A stretch of DNA of 63,861 nt, filler included. It is 8 parts of 8 records of this genome, joined end to end, with 100 filler letters (N's around TTAATTAATTAA, not from the genome) between each part and the next. Parts side by side here need not be neighbours in the genome. Positions count along the whole stretch, not along the records: positions 34,013 to 40,551 come from SRR2962707_1220; positions 40,652 to 47,468 come from SRR2962707_1225; positions 47,569 to 54,530 come from SRR2962707_1252; 5 more parts are not named here. One strand, written 5' to 3'. The position numbers and the translations under genes were made by a program. Of this stretch, positions 38,237 through 50,600 are shown piece after piece (position 1 is the stretch's first letter; each line of letters starts with the position of its first letter). The notes under the pieces were generated by a model. That model was not told where the DNA came from and made no database searches. It saw nothing but the letters and a program-made list of their open reading frames with translations.

Positions 38237-39977
38237 TCAAGTTCGTGTCAGCAAGATATTGATCACATGCTGAACGTTGCCGCGGTGAGCTTGACACAAT
38301 TTTCGGAGCTCCGCGTCGGACGCATCGAATCCCATTGCTCGCACCTGTATCCATTCAAAAAGCAACATCAGATTTGATGAGCGGCAGGGCCAATTGGTGC
38401 CAAATCACACGTGGGCTGGCGCGCACTTGAGTGAGATTTAGTTGCATCAAAACACTTACTTGTTCCATTTCGCGGGCCCATTTTTTCTTCTCGCGGCGCT
38501 CAAGCCGGGCGGCCTTTGACCCTGCCGCGATCCTGTCTTGCTGTTTGCGCTTCGCTGCCCCTCTTTCTCGTGAGTCAGGAGACGACTTGGGTGCTGGTGA
38601 TTGCTGCGACGCACTCCGAGAAGGCACAGCCGATGACGATGCTGAGGTTGCCTCGCACCTGGGCGATCCGAGCGGTGAGGATACTGGTCCACGTTCGCTT
38701 CCGCTTTCACCTTTTGCAGGCCGTTCAACAACGGCGCTTTCTTCAACAACGACGCTTGCTTCAGGAATTTTTGCCGCTTCAGCCACCGTCTCAGCTTCGG
38801 CGGCATTGGATTGCCTTTCAACCTGAGTTTCCTGCAACTGTAATTTTGCGTTCTGGCGCTGCGCTACCCCCGCACTGCTTCGGGACTTGCTGCTCCCTAG
38901 GCCTCGAGGATCGATGCAAATCAAGTACGGCGTATTCAATTTTTCTTTGTCCTGCAGTACCGAGGAAATATCCAACTCTGCCGGGACGTCAAATTGGCCG
39001 AACCCAGTTTCAGTGTTGTAGTAAAAGGGTCTTCCGGCTCGCTCCGAAAAAACCGATCGCCACACCGGCGCTCGTATATGCGCCTTAAGTGAAGCTTTTC
39101 CTGCTGATGAGCCAGCCACCCCAAGGTCGGGCCGCCTTCGTCCACGCACTTGGTTGATGAGCTCTTGCTGAACGGAATTGGATTCAGCATGAGCGAGAAA
39201 ACTATGTTGCCGCGTGGAAGTTCGACTACGTTTCGTTGCGCCAAAGAAACTAGCAGCACTGCCTTTGGCCTGGGGATGGAGTCGGTGATGGTTTTCAAGC
39301 GCTCGTCGAGCGACATCCTTCGGGTCAATAGGCCCTGGCGAGTCGCAAGCGATGTTGTGCTGGAGAGTGTATTCTGCATGCAAGTTGATCCAGTCGCGCT
39401 TCTTCCCAGAGATGGGCAAATTCAGATCTTTGAGCATGCCTTTCAATTTTTTCTCAGTGAAAAGCCGGTACGTTAGCGTAGGCATCGGAACTTTTTGCTT
39501 CGAATCGGCACATGAATCGGTGGAAACCGAAGCACGCGTGGAGTCTTCGTTGGAGGGCACGGAAGCAAACAGTGACGGATCGGTTCGCACAATGTCCAAG
39601 AGCGCTGTCCGCGACGCCCTGAAGCTGGCGATGAGTTTGTCAATGACTGCGTCATTTGTCAATTCGGCTTGATTCATGTCCTTGCGACATTCTGGGCAAC
39701 TTTGCTTGTAGTTGCGCAAGAAGCGGCGGATGCACTCCGAGCAAAAAAAGTGCCCACACTTTCCGCGCAGCGTCACCTTGCACAAGTCTTTGCAAATTGG
39801 GCAGCGCAGTGTTTCGTCAATGTTTCGAAGGCACGGAGCTGATGTTCCCCATTGGCTGGGGTCGTCGTCGTCATTATCATCGTCACTTTCTGAGGACGAA
39901 CCAGAGGAGGGCGAGCCACTGTCAGAGGGGTCACTGCCGCGCGGCGGCTGATCCACGAGGCTAACTATTTCAGCCAT
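38237..39977 (-). CDS. RAD18: RAD18-like RING E3 ligase: RING, SAP, WW, UBA (2 exons)
   Basis: C3HC4 RING LRCPICKD..CGHFFCSECIRRFL..CPECR; RAD18-type SAP region MPTLTYRLFTEKKLKGMLKDLNL..HAEYTLQHNIACDS; intron 38345-38459 adds VRAMGF..GNVQHVINILL. Confidence 0.85.
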
Positions 39978-40551
39978 GACCAACTTTGGCGGGTTGCTTG
40001 GATAGCACAGCGCGGTGTGAACGAAGTGAATCTGCAGAACAACGGTCTGCACTCTCCCAGCCCCCCGGGTCCTTCACGAAAGCGGCTCGTTGTTGATCCC
40101 CATTCTTGTTCCTTTCTCTAGCCAAAACCCTTCTCGAAAAGACTCAGGCACGGACCTGATCCGACCTATGTCTGGAGAGTCGGGTTTGACGTCGCTCCTC
40201 AACAGAGGAGACACGGTTGCGTGACCAGACCCTGTCGTCCCCTACGTAGCAAACTAATCTCTGATCTAGTTTCTTCCTCTCCTCCGATCTCGCAATCTCC
40301 CACAGACGACGAAAACGACGTCAAGAACAAAGAACAGCACACAGAAACGAAAAGAAAAAAGATCCGTTGCGATTGCACAAAACCGACTCCGCACGCACGC
40401 ACGCACGCTCGCTCGCTCGCACGCACAGATGCACAACACGAAAGATGCCAAGCCGGCGAGAGTGCTCGAAAGAGTTCGTTAGCCACAGAGAGAGACTCGT
40501 ACGCGAGTGTCGAACTTCGAAAACGAGCCGAAAAAAAAAAAAAAAAAAAAA

Positions 40552-40651
40552 NNNNNNNNNNNNNNNNNNNNNNNNNNNNNNNNNNNNNNNNNNNNTTAAT
40601 TAATTAANNNNNNNNNNNNNNNNNNNNNNNNNNNNNNNNNNNNNNNNNNNN
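40552..40651. other. Artificial contig linker
   Basis: 44 N + TTAATTAATTAA + 44 N. Confidence 0.98.
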
Positions 40652-40823
40652 AACAACAACAACAACAACAACAAAAAGAAACCGAAACAGGAACAAAACT
40701 CCAATCGCGCTCCTTTTGCGACAGCTTTGGAGTCTGCCTGTGGGCTTTTTGCTGCTGTTGTTGCTAAGAGATTCAAAAGGAGTCGTAGCGCTCGCGCACT
40801 GTGTCTCACAGCAACCTGCTCTG

Positions 40824-42457
40824 ATGGCGGACTCTAGCGGCTCGCCATCGTCAGCGGCCAGCTCTGTGCACCAATCAGATCCGGAGGCCTCACAGGCAGA
40901 TTCTGCTTCTGCTTCACCTGCTGCTGTTTCAACAGCGAGTACGACCCCCATTCCCGTGTCTGCAGTCGCTTCAGTGTCAGCAGCTGAGTCCAACATTTCT
41001 TCTTCTGCGTCCTCGGTTTCGTCAGTGGCAGCTTCTGCCACACCCAAGATGGAAGCTGAGGGAGATGGCGAGGCAGAAGGCCTCGTGCAGACAGCTGTGC
41101 CTGCGAATTCGAACTCGAACTCGAAGAGAAAAGCAAAGCCATCGGCAGCAGATGCTGGTGCTGCTGGTGCTGGAGGGGCACCACCTGTGGCGGTGGCGGT
41201 GCGATGGGAGCGCAAATTCGCGCTGCTGTCGAAATTCCGCGACGAGTTTGGGCACTGTGAAGTGCCCTGTAAACCCCGGTCCGAGCTGGATGCCCAGTTT
41301 CCAGGGTTGGGCAAGTGGGTCAGCGCGATGCGTCAAGCCTATAAAGCGGAGCAGCGCCGGGCAGCGGAAGGGCCAGATGCCAAGGTGAGCTGTTCTGCTG
41401 GTTTTGTTTTGTTTTGTTTTGTGTTTCGTGACTCGCGTCAAAGCTGTTTGGTTGTGGCAATGCGATGGAACCAATTGTGACCGAAAGTCGTGCTGATATG
41501 TTCTTCATCGTGGTGCACACGGGCGCGTGCTGTGATATCTGCAGGTACGCTGCACAATGCGTGTCTCGAAAGAACAGCAAGAGCGCCTCATGAAGCTGGG
41601 TTTTGTGTGGGATCTTCCGAAACATCACTGGGAAAAGAAGTTTGAGCTCTTGAAAAAGTACAAAGAAGAACACGGCGATTGTCTTGTGCCGCCGCGCTTA
41701 GAAGACCCAAAGTATAAAGGTGCGTCAAGTGAACGGCCGTGGTTGGCGCACGTGGAGCACTCCCTTCGGTGAATTTGCTTGTTTTACGCATCAGTCTGTT
41801 GTTCCACGTCATGACTCCCCGTGCGCGCCAGCTCTTCCATACTGGGTCACAAATCAACGACAGGCCAGGCGTAATATGGAGGCGCTGGCAAAGGGCGCGC
41901 AGCCGACAACCATGCATCGTATTCTGGACGAGCACATTCAGAAGCTCACTGACATCGGGTTCTATTGGAACCCAAAGGCCGCCAGACAAAATGTCAAGTC
42001 GAAAGCCGCTTCAAGAACTCCAAAGGAAGCCACTGATGCCGCTGATGCAGAAACGGATGCCGCTGCGATTGCTTCAGCGAAAGATACTACCACGTTAGCC
42101 GGTGAGTCTGCAGCGGGAGGCAGCGTGACAGCTTCGGCTGTGAAGAAAGTCACTGCTGCTGCTGCTGCCGTACCGGCCACGGCGGTACCAGCTGCGTCAT
42201 CGTCTCCGGAAGCCCCCGATGGAGTCGTCGTCGCTAAGGTATGCGCCATTTCATCTTCTCCTTTCCATGTCAGCGTTCACACTCACAATCATCGCTGGAA
42301 AATTGTGGCCAACTCCAGCATTTGCCTTTTGCTGCGCAATTCATAGGCCAAGCACCCACGCTCCGCCGTTGAGGAGGCCCCCAAGAAGAGGCAACCACCC
42401 AACACCGCACAATCTGCCAAACCTGTGACAGCGCCAAAACCCGTCCAAGCTCTTTAA
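40824..42457 (+). CDS. Helicase-associated (HA) domain protein with two HA repeats, putative nucleic-acid binding (4 exons)
   Basis: WERKFALLSKFRDEFGHCEVP..LGKWVSAMRQ..RLMKLGFVW and WEKKFELLKKYKEEHGDCLVP..LPYWVTNQRQ..KLTDIGFYW. Confidence 0.88.
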
Positions 42458-42671
42458 TTCACCTTCTCCTGTGTGTTGTATCAACGACATATTAGCATGA
42501 TCTGTGCCGATATGCCGATACGCGTGGTGCGCACTCCTTCTTGCCGTCGGGCGCATAGGGTTTGGAGCGGTTCTGCGCGCTAAACCATTTATTTTATCCT
42601 CAAAATCCATTCCGCGGCACTGCAATGCAGCCGTTTCACTCAGCGACAACAGCCTTGGTTTTTTTGTTTCC

Positions 42672-45600
42672 TTAGCGACTTGCTTCAAGCCGCTTTTTGG
42701 CTCTGTCGTTCTTCGCCCCATCCAGCGCATACCTAAATTGCACCCGCAAGCATCCAAGGAACCACGAAAACAAGAGATTTTAAATGTGCAACAGGAACAG
42801 GCACGTAGGCGAGTTTGTTCTTTTTCCCTCGGCCCTTGCCAGCATTCAGAAATTCAGGACTCACCGTCGCCGCTTCAAAACCTTGGTCGAGGCGGCCCGG
42901 CGGCTCTCCTCGACTGCCTTGCGCTTTCTCATCTCTGCCATTCGCTCGCTTTGTTTGGCCTTCCGTTTGGCAGTTTTGTCATTTCGGATCGTGCGCAGTT
43001 GGTGAAGCATGGCCTTGACTTTTCGTTCCTCACTTGTCCCGGCCACAACTGCGTGTCGAAGTTTTGCGATCGGCTTTTTCCGGCGCGCTTTCGCCTTTGC
43101 ACGAGCAGCATCGGTCTAGCCACATTTTCGAAACATATTTTGCGGTGCATGCGGTCAGATACGGTTCCAGACAAGTATGTGTGCCGCCGCGAAGAGCAAA
43201 AGCACAGAAACCGTGCAAATCACGAACCGCAGCCGGTGCCAGCTTCGGCTTCGACGCAAACGGCAGCGCAGCTTGGAGCTTCGCTGGGACGCGGAGGGCG
43301 GAAAAACGTTTCTCAGTTCTCACGATAGGCTTGTAAGTCGAATCCTTCTTTACTGGAATGGCGAGCTGGCGTTCGTGTCGCAGCTGACCGGATAACAGGA
43401 GCCCAGTCAAAGGTAATCGAAAACTGGAGGAGTCGCAAAGCAGCAAAGGAGCAACACTTCTCAAATCACACGCATCAAGTCACGAACTTCGCCAGTGCGC
43501 TTCATTCCCGCCCATTCAGCATCTTTGACAAGGTGAGAAACCACTGGATTGTAAAACCGTTTTGGCTCCACTTGAACCCACGATGTGAGGAAAACAATGT
43601 CTGACATGAGAACCTTGTCTTCGAAGGTCGCGCGGAAATTTCCTTGCTGACCGATTGCCTTTTTGATCTGACCACGGATCTTCGACACTGTTCGAACTTT
43701 GGCTCCCTCGAACCGAGCCACTTCCAAGTCGGAAGTGAACATATCCTTCACAAAGGCCGTGTTTTTGAAAATTTTGTATCTGGTTCATGTGAGTCGCAAC
43801 GAAAACGTCAACGCGACTCGGACAACGAAAAATGCTACGACCCGTTTGTTGCATGCAATGCGCTTGCACGTACGGGTGCCCAACAAGCTTGAGCTTTTTC
43901 ACAATTTTGAAACTGCGATCCAGCTCCAACACCACACCCGTCGCAGCGACACAAAAGTCTTTGCGTCGGTGGGCCGATGTCGTTTGAAAAGCCATCACGC
44001 CAGTGTTGGGCGCTGCCATACCGCCGTAAATCGTCGCAATGCAATGCATGTGCTCTGGGGTGTACCTACGGCCAGATCAAATCCCAGCGAAAAGCGTGAA
44101 CAATCTTCGCAATATTGAGGCGCACAGACCCGTAGCTGTTCACAGTGCAACATCTGCTGGCATGGCCACGCACTTTAGCATACGGTTACGCTCGCCTCCG
44201 TTGTCTTCAATGCAAAACAACGGCAGTGACTGGAAACGGCGCCAACCGATACTGAATACAAGGGGATCCTGGTTTTTCAGCCGTCGCTTGAACCAACGGT
44301 GAGCTTTGAAGCGCATACGAATCAGCCCAAGTCCTTGCTCGTGGGGGAGCAGACCACCAGCAACAATTGGTTGGTTTTTTACGTAGTTTTGAAAGAACTC
44401 TGGTGGCACACCTGACACCTCCATGCGAACGTAGTGACCCGCCTTGACACCTTCAAGGGCGACACGCTCTGTCTCCGAAAGTCTGGCATGTACACACCAC
44501 AAAACTTGAGTCTGGAGTCACGCAACACTCAGATTGCAAGTTGTCGCATGCAAACAAGTACCAACATGCGACACTTTTTGTTTGAGGAATATCTTACCCG
44601 TCGAACGCCGTGTCATTCAGTTCCTTTTGGTCGGAGAGTTTGTCATGGACCGCCTTCATATGCTCGTCAAGTTCGAATTCTTCGACTTTGTCTTTGGCCA
44701 CCTTCTTTACTTTGTCGTATTCGGAATTGAACTGGGCCTTCTCAGCAGCCTTCGCCGCCCGAAGCTTCTCCCGCTCTTCGCGCCAGTCGGCGTTGTAAGG
44801 TCCGGCAGTGGGCGCATCGTCGTCCTCCCCGCTGCTGCTATCGCCACTTTCACCATCATCGCCATCGTCGCTACCATCACTGTGTTTGTCAGAGCCATCA
44901 GCGTCCCCGCCTGCACTTGTGTCGTCACCAGTGTAGCCAGTGACCAGCTCCTCATCACTGTAACCCAAGTCGCCCGCTCCATCTTCTCCCTCTGCAGCTT
45001 CGCTCCAGTCGCCGGTGACAAAGCGGTTGCGAATGGCTTCTCGCACGTCTTCGTCGTCCCAGTTTCGAATTTCAGCTTGTTCCCGTGTGACTCTTGACGA
45101 ATCGATGGCATCAATGTCCACAATCGCGTTTGTTGTTTTCTTTCCGCCGCCACTGCTTGCACTGCGCCCTGTGTCTCCGTACGATTTCACCTAAGAGCAC
45201 CCAACAAGCGTTTAATCATTGAACCACTTCACCCATTCCCCATACAAAACAACAGAACGGCATGAACATCATAACGCACTTTGAAAAAATTATCGCCGTC
45301 ACTGCTGCTCCCATCGTCAGAGTCAGAGTTTCCCGAATCACTGTCTGCCCCTTCATCGCCGCGACCAGACCGACCGTAAACAAGTTCCATCAAGTTCACA
45401 CGCGTACGCTTTCGTTCGGCAAAGGCTTCGGCAGCCTTGGCGGTAAGCGCCTGCTTCCATCGGGCGCTACTTTCTACACCATCGCCGCTTTCTTCACTGT
45501 CGCTGTCGCTTTCCCCATCATCGTCGTCACTACCGCTGGCGTCGCTGCGCGCGTCTCGACTCGTATCGCCATTTTCTTCGCCGTCACTCCCACTTTCTGA

Positions 45601-47205
45601 TTCGTTGTCGCTGCTCCCCTCTTCGTCGTCACTGGAGCTTACACCGCCTCCCAACAACAACGACGTGCGTTGCCTTGCAGCCTTGGTTCGAGTCTTTGTT
45701 GCCGCACGACCCGAATCAACCTCGCTGCTAACTTGAGGGCTTTCACCAGTGCGTTTGATGGGGTCACGAACGGATTTGTAAACTTTTCGTCGATTGGAAA
45801 ACAGCTGAAGGCCACCACTGGCCATTTTACGGTCAATGCCAGCGTTCAATGACTGCAACTCATGCACCATAGCCACGCCCTCAGGCTTTGGGGCATCGTC
45901 GTCCACGTCCTCTTTGCCCGGCGCATTACCACCAGAGTGGTCAGCGTCATCATCGCTGACGACGCCACCTTGCTGGGCTTTCGCGGATTTGGGGTCTACC
46001 TCTTCCACAAGCTGTTCTTTTGGCGTGAAAACTGCCGATGGCAAGTCAATATAGACTGCGTCACGATCGTAAATCACGTTGCCCATGTTACACATTGGGG
46101 CGTAAAGCAACGCTTCTTTCTGATCAAGACTCTTGCGGCTTCCTGCCTTGCGTTCCGGAATCGGGATTGGATCTGAAATGAAAAGCATTTCCGGCACACA
46201 CAGCAAACTCAGGCAAGTGGCTCTCAGCAGGGTTCGGCGACCATCATGGCCGGGGCGCAGTCATTAGGTACCTGGGAGAATGGATAGGTCGTCCAAAGCA
46301 AAGTCTCCAAGTCCGGCAACGTGGACCTTGGCGCCCGGCCGCAGGTTAGTGCCGCGCATGAAGCCATAGAAGGTCGCGCGGCGACTGCAAGCAGGGTTCT
46401 CTTCGATGAGTGCGGGGTCTGTTATATCCTCATAACGATCCACAAGGACGTAAGGGTGCGCATTGCGCCACGAGAGAGGGCGAAACTTCATCCGTGAAAT
46501 AAAGAGCCCCAGATTGTGGATTTCAGTCTTTGGGTACTTGCCATTCACCAGACCTGAAAGGTAGAAGAGCTTTGCGCCCTGGAACACTTCTGTCCAAAAT
46601 CGAGCCTTCAGTGCCTTTTTGGTCTTTTGTAGCTTTTTCCCGCTCTTGAAAGAGTCCAAGTGCGTCAGGCACCCTATGACTTTTGGCATGCCGTGCACCT
46701 GCAGGATGTTCAAAAACTCAAACGTCGACATTTCAAAACCTTTGCTGGCATCGATCATGAGGATGACGAGGTCTGCGATCTTGGCCAGGTCGATCATTCC
46801 ATTCAAGTCGCGTGGGCACTCGTACACAGTCACACGTCGCTTTTTCGACGCAACCACGTTGATCGGCCCGTTGACGTCAGTCAAATTTCGGCGCGTCCAC
46901 ATCTTGACCAAGTTCTTGACGAGGGTGGTCTTCCCGACTCCTGGCGGACCCATGACGACCACCACACAAGGAGGGGCCGCTGCTGGCTGCAGTGGCGCAC
47001 GGTCAATCACCTCGCGCACTTCTTTCTTGTGGCCACGATCCAAGTTCCGCTGAATGGTGCGGTGCACGCGGCCAAAGTTCGCAACACCGAATGCCTTATG
47101 ATTGTGGGCATCTTGCAGGGGCTGCTGGTTTTTCTTTTTCCGCTTGTTGGCCTTGGCGCCGACCTTGGACTTGCGGTGCTTCTTTGGGGGCGCAATTGCC
47201 TGCAT
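42672..47205 (-). CDS. BMS1: Ribosome biogenesis GTPase BMS1 (9 exons)
   Basis: GPPGVGKTTL, MIDLAKIADLV, FEFLNILQVHGMPK, RFWTEVFQGAKLFYLSG, KFRPLSWRNAHPY, LLYAPMCN, HRWFKRRLKNQDPL, RMLKYTPEHMHC, KKLKLVGHPYKIFKNTAF, FRATFEDKVLMSDIVF. Confidence 0.97.
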
Positions 47206-47468
47206 GTTGAGCTCGTGGGAGTGAGAACCAGCCTGCAGCTAAGATCCACTGACTAAAATCCACCCGATAAAACCCCCTTCGATGTTTCTCTCGAACTGCT
47301 CTCGGACTGACTGTTGAAGCTGTACTTGATGGATCTTCACCGAGCAAAACTGAACAAGTAACCTCAAAATATGTGGTAAACAACAACCAGCGCCGCAACA
47401 CTGTCTCACGCACGCACGCACGCACGTACACAACAAGAACTAGAACAACAACAACAACAACAACAACA

Positions 47469-47568
47469 NNNNNNNNNNNNNNNNNNNNNNNNNNNNNNNN
47501 NNNNNNNNNNNNTTAATTAATTAANNNNNNNNNNNNNNNNNNNNNNNNNNNNNNNNNNNNNNNNNNNN
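47469..47568. other. Artificial contig linker
   Basis: 44 N + TTAATTAATTAA + 44 N. Confidence 0.98.
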
Positions 47569-47661
47569 ACACGCACGCACGCACGCACGCACACACACCA
47601 AGCGCTGAGTGAAAACAAGCTGCAGTGAAGAACACCACGCGCAAGTTCCGAAATAAATACA

Positions 47662-50600
47662 TTAGATTGAAAGCGAGTGGGCACTTCCCTGCCCCACTGA
47701 GTCTTGCAGGCCATCCTTCTTGGCCACGGATCGGGCGGGGCTGGCGGTTTGCGACGAAGGAACTGGCTCGGGAGCAGGCATGACCTGTGAGCGCTTTCGA
47801 ACAAGCGTTTTGTGCTTCGCGGGGGCAGAAGAACGACCAGGATCGGAGCTGCTTGCTTGACCCATTGAAAGACTCTTCTTGTGGCAGGCCTGTTCGTTTT
47901 TGGCGCCGCACTCTTTGCACCGGGCGTCCAATAGACTTGTTCTTTCGTACTCATGTTCAGCATCTGTTTCACTGTGGGCCTGTGGAGACTTTGGACTGCT
48001 ACCAGGCGCCCCATTAGGGACTGAAAACGCCTGTTTACCAAAATCGACAACAATTTTTATTCAGGATTGACTTTGGGCAAAGATGAACCAACAAGAACGT
48101 TTCAACATGGCAGGGGGTATGCACACCTTTTCAAGTTTTGCTTTGGTGTCGGTCGCGGACTTGTCCATGGCAGTTTTAGCCTGCATCATGCCATCGAGCA
48201 CAAGGGAAACATAATTCGTTTTTCCTGGGGCACACTCGCTCGCAGCATGCATCACAGCGTGTCCAAAAATAAGTAACGTACTTTTTCAAGTCCAGCTTTT
48301 GTCGCCGCAACGGCAGCAGCAGTCGTGGCTTTCAGATCCGTGACGAACTTGCTGTCGTTGATAGTTTTCTGCAGCGATTTGGCAGCGCGATTGACCAGCA
48401 GCAGCCTCAGACTATGAGCACTTGCAGACAAAATGGTCACTGCATCTACAACAAGGTTGTTCACAGACCTTGATTTCATCCTTCAGCTGATTGCGGTAGT
48501 CGCTTTCAAACACTTTAGTCCAAAAAGTATCAACCTGTGCTGCAGCTTCTTCCTAACCACCACCACAGCGCATTGTTGTGAGCAGCGTTTCGTAGCAATG
48601 ACAGTTTGCAAACTCGTACCGACATTCTAGCACGGTATTCACTCTACTGAGAACGTACCCGGGTTTCTGTTTTCGGAAGCGGGTCGAACAGGTGAATGAA
48701 TGACAGCGGAACACGTCCTTCGGCTCCATTGTCTTGGTTTCTGACGCGAACCCAAGTCGAGCCAGCAGCAAATTGGGTCTCCAAAAACCTGTAGCAGCGT
48801 CACAGTTTTTAAATCCACATGCAATTCAGGGCAGAATTGAGTTTCTTTTTAAAGTTCAAAGTGATGCAGCTGAACAAGGTGCGATGGCCCGCAAAAGATC
48901 ATGCCGAAAAGGCAAAACGTACGTCTGCAGCTGAGCGCTGCTCATGCGGGCGTCCTCAAGTTTGCGGGCAGTTCCGTTGGGGAAATGCAAACTTTTCGGG
49001 TCCCCATACTCGGCAAAAATGTGCCGCAGCGCAGAACCGCTTTCCTCGCCCACTGCGTCCTCAGGGGCTTGGATGTCACCAGCTTGCAGGCAAGCCAGGA
49101 ACCCGTCGGGGTCAATCTGTGCAACGGACGGACGTTCACCGCTACCAACAGCACCACCCACAAGTTCCACAAATTTGGATTGAGCACGGGCTATTTGATC
49201 CTCTTGCGTGTTGTAAACCTCAAGAATCTCAACGTTCGCATCTTCGGGCACAGTTAGTTCGCCTGCATTTTCAGCTGTGAAAGCGAACAAAGCTTTCCCC
49301 TCAACAACTTTTCGCGGGGCCTTTTTGACCTGAACAACCTTGAACTCGTCCTGTGTTGCCTACCAACGGAGGTATGGACCCACAAACAACTCACTAAGTT
49401 AACGATTGACTCACTGGAGACGCAAGAGATGGTTTCTGCACAGAAGGAACCCCACAAACAGCAGGTAGATAGCGCACGAACTTTAAGCTGCTGGCCAACT
49501 TTGCTGGCTTTGAACTCGGCAGCCTTTTTCTTCCACTCCTCAACCATTTTAGCCTAAGCCGACCAATATCGGTACCAGCGTTATTATTCAATGCAACGAG
49601 TGCGGCGCTGCACAACGCGATAGGCATCATTCGAAAAGCTGGTTCGCACCTTCACCATCTCTGCTTTGCTTTGAAGATTCTCTTTCGAGAACGTTTTCTT
49701 CAACGCTGCCTTAAACTTGTCCATGCCAGCCTTGGCTTTGTCGGCAAGGGTCTTGGACTGCTCACGCATGTCTTGCGCCAGCTTTTCAAACTTCTCTTTG
49801 ATCAGGACTCCGGACTCCGCTGCCTTCTTATCCTGAATATTCTATGCAAAAGCAGCATCAAGAAGTCAACTGTGGCAGAAATAGCAGCATGTATGTCTTC
49901 TATGTTCTGAGTGGGTCATTTGCCAACCTTTTTAAGCTGTTTTGTTGCCCGTGCGAATTTGGCCTTAAGCTCTTTTTTCTTTCTGTGCCTCGCTTTCTCG
50001 GCTTCTTTCTCACGTATCTTTGCCATTTCATTGTTGACAGATTTGGAGAGCTTGTCCGCTAGTGTCTGAAGGCCAACCGATTCCACGAATATTAGTTGGG
50101 CGACTGGAAGAATCGCTCAAAAACACTTTATGCACGCACAGCGCAGGGCGGCGGAGAGGGTACCTTTGCCTTCGATACCATGAGTTGCACATGTCCCTCG
50201 ATCGACCGCTTTTTTGTCCGGTGTAGGTACGCAATTTTTTGAAACTGCAGCACAGACAATCCCCCGTTGGGTCCAAGCAGCACAAACATTTAAACCAATC
50301 CCTCCGCTCATGCCAGCATGAAGTGCCGAAGGTAAACAGCAGACTTGGGATCACGCACTTTTTTAAGGGCTGTCTTTTTAGCCTGTCGACCACGAAACAC
50401 AGTTTGGATTTTGAGGGCTGCCGAGTGATCCACGTTACTCGAGTACCTGTGCACATGGAGAAAAATGTGACACAAACTCAAGCAACAAAGACTAGGCAGA
50501 CAAGAAAAACAAGAAAAAACTGAACAGCGTACGTCCAAACCCGTAGACGATCCGCTTTTCGCGCAGCGATGCGGCGTCGCACGGCCCCTTGAATAAGTGT

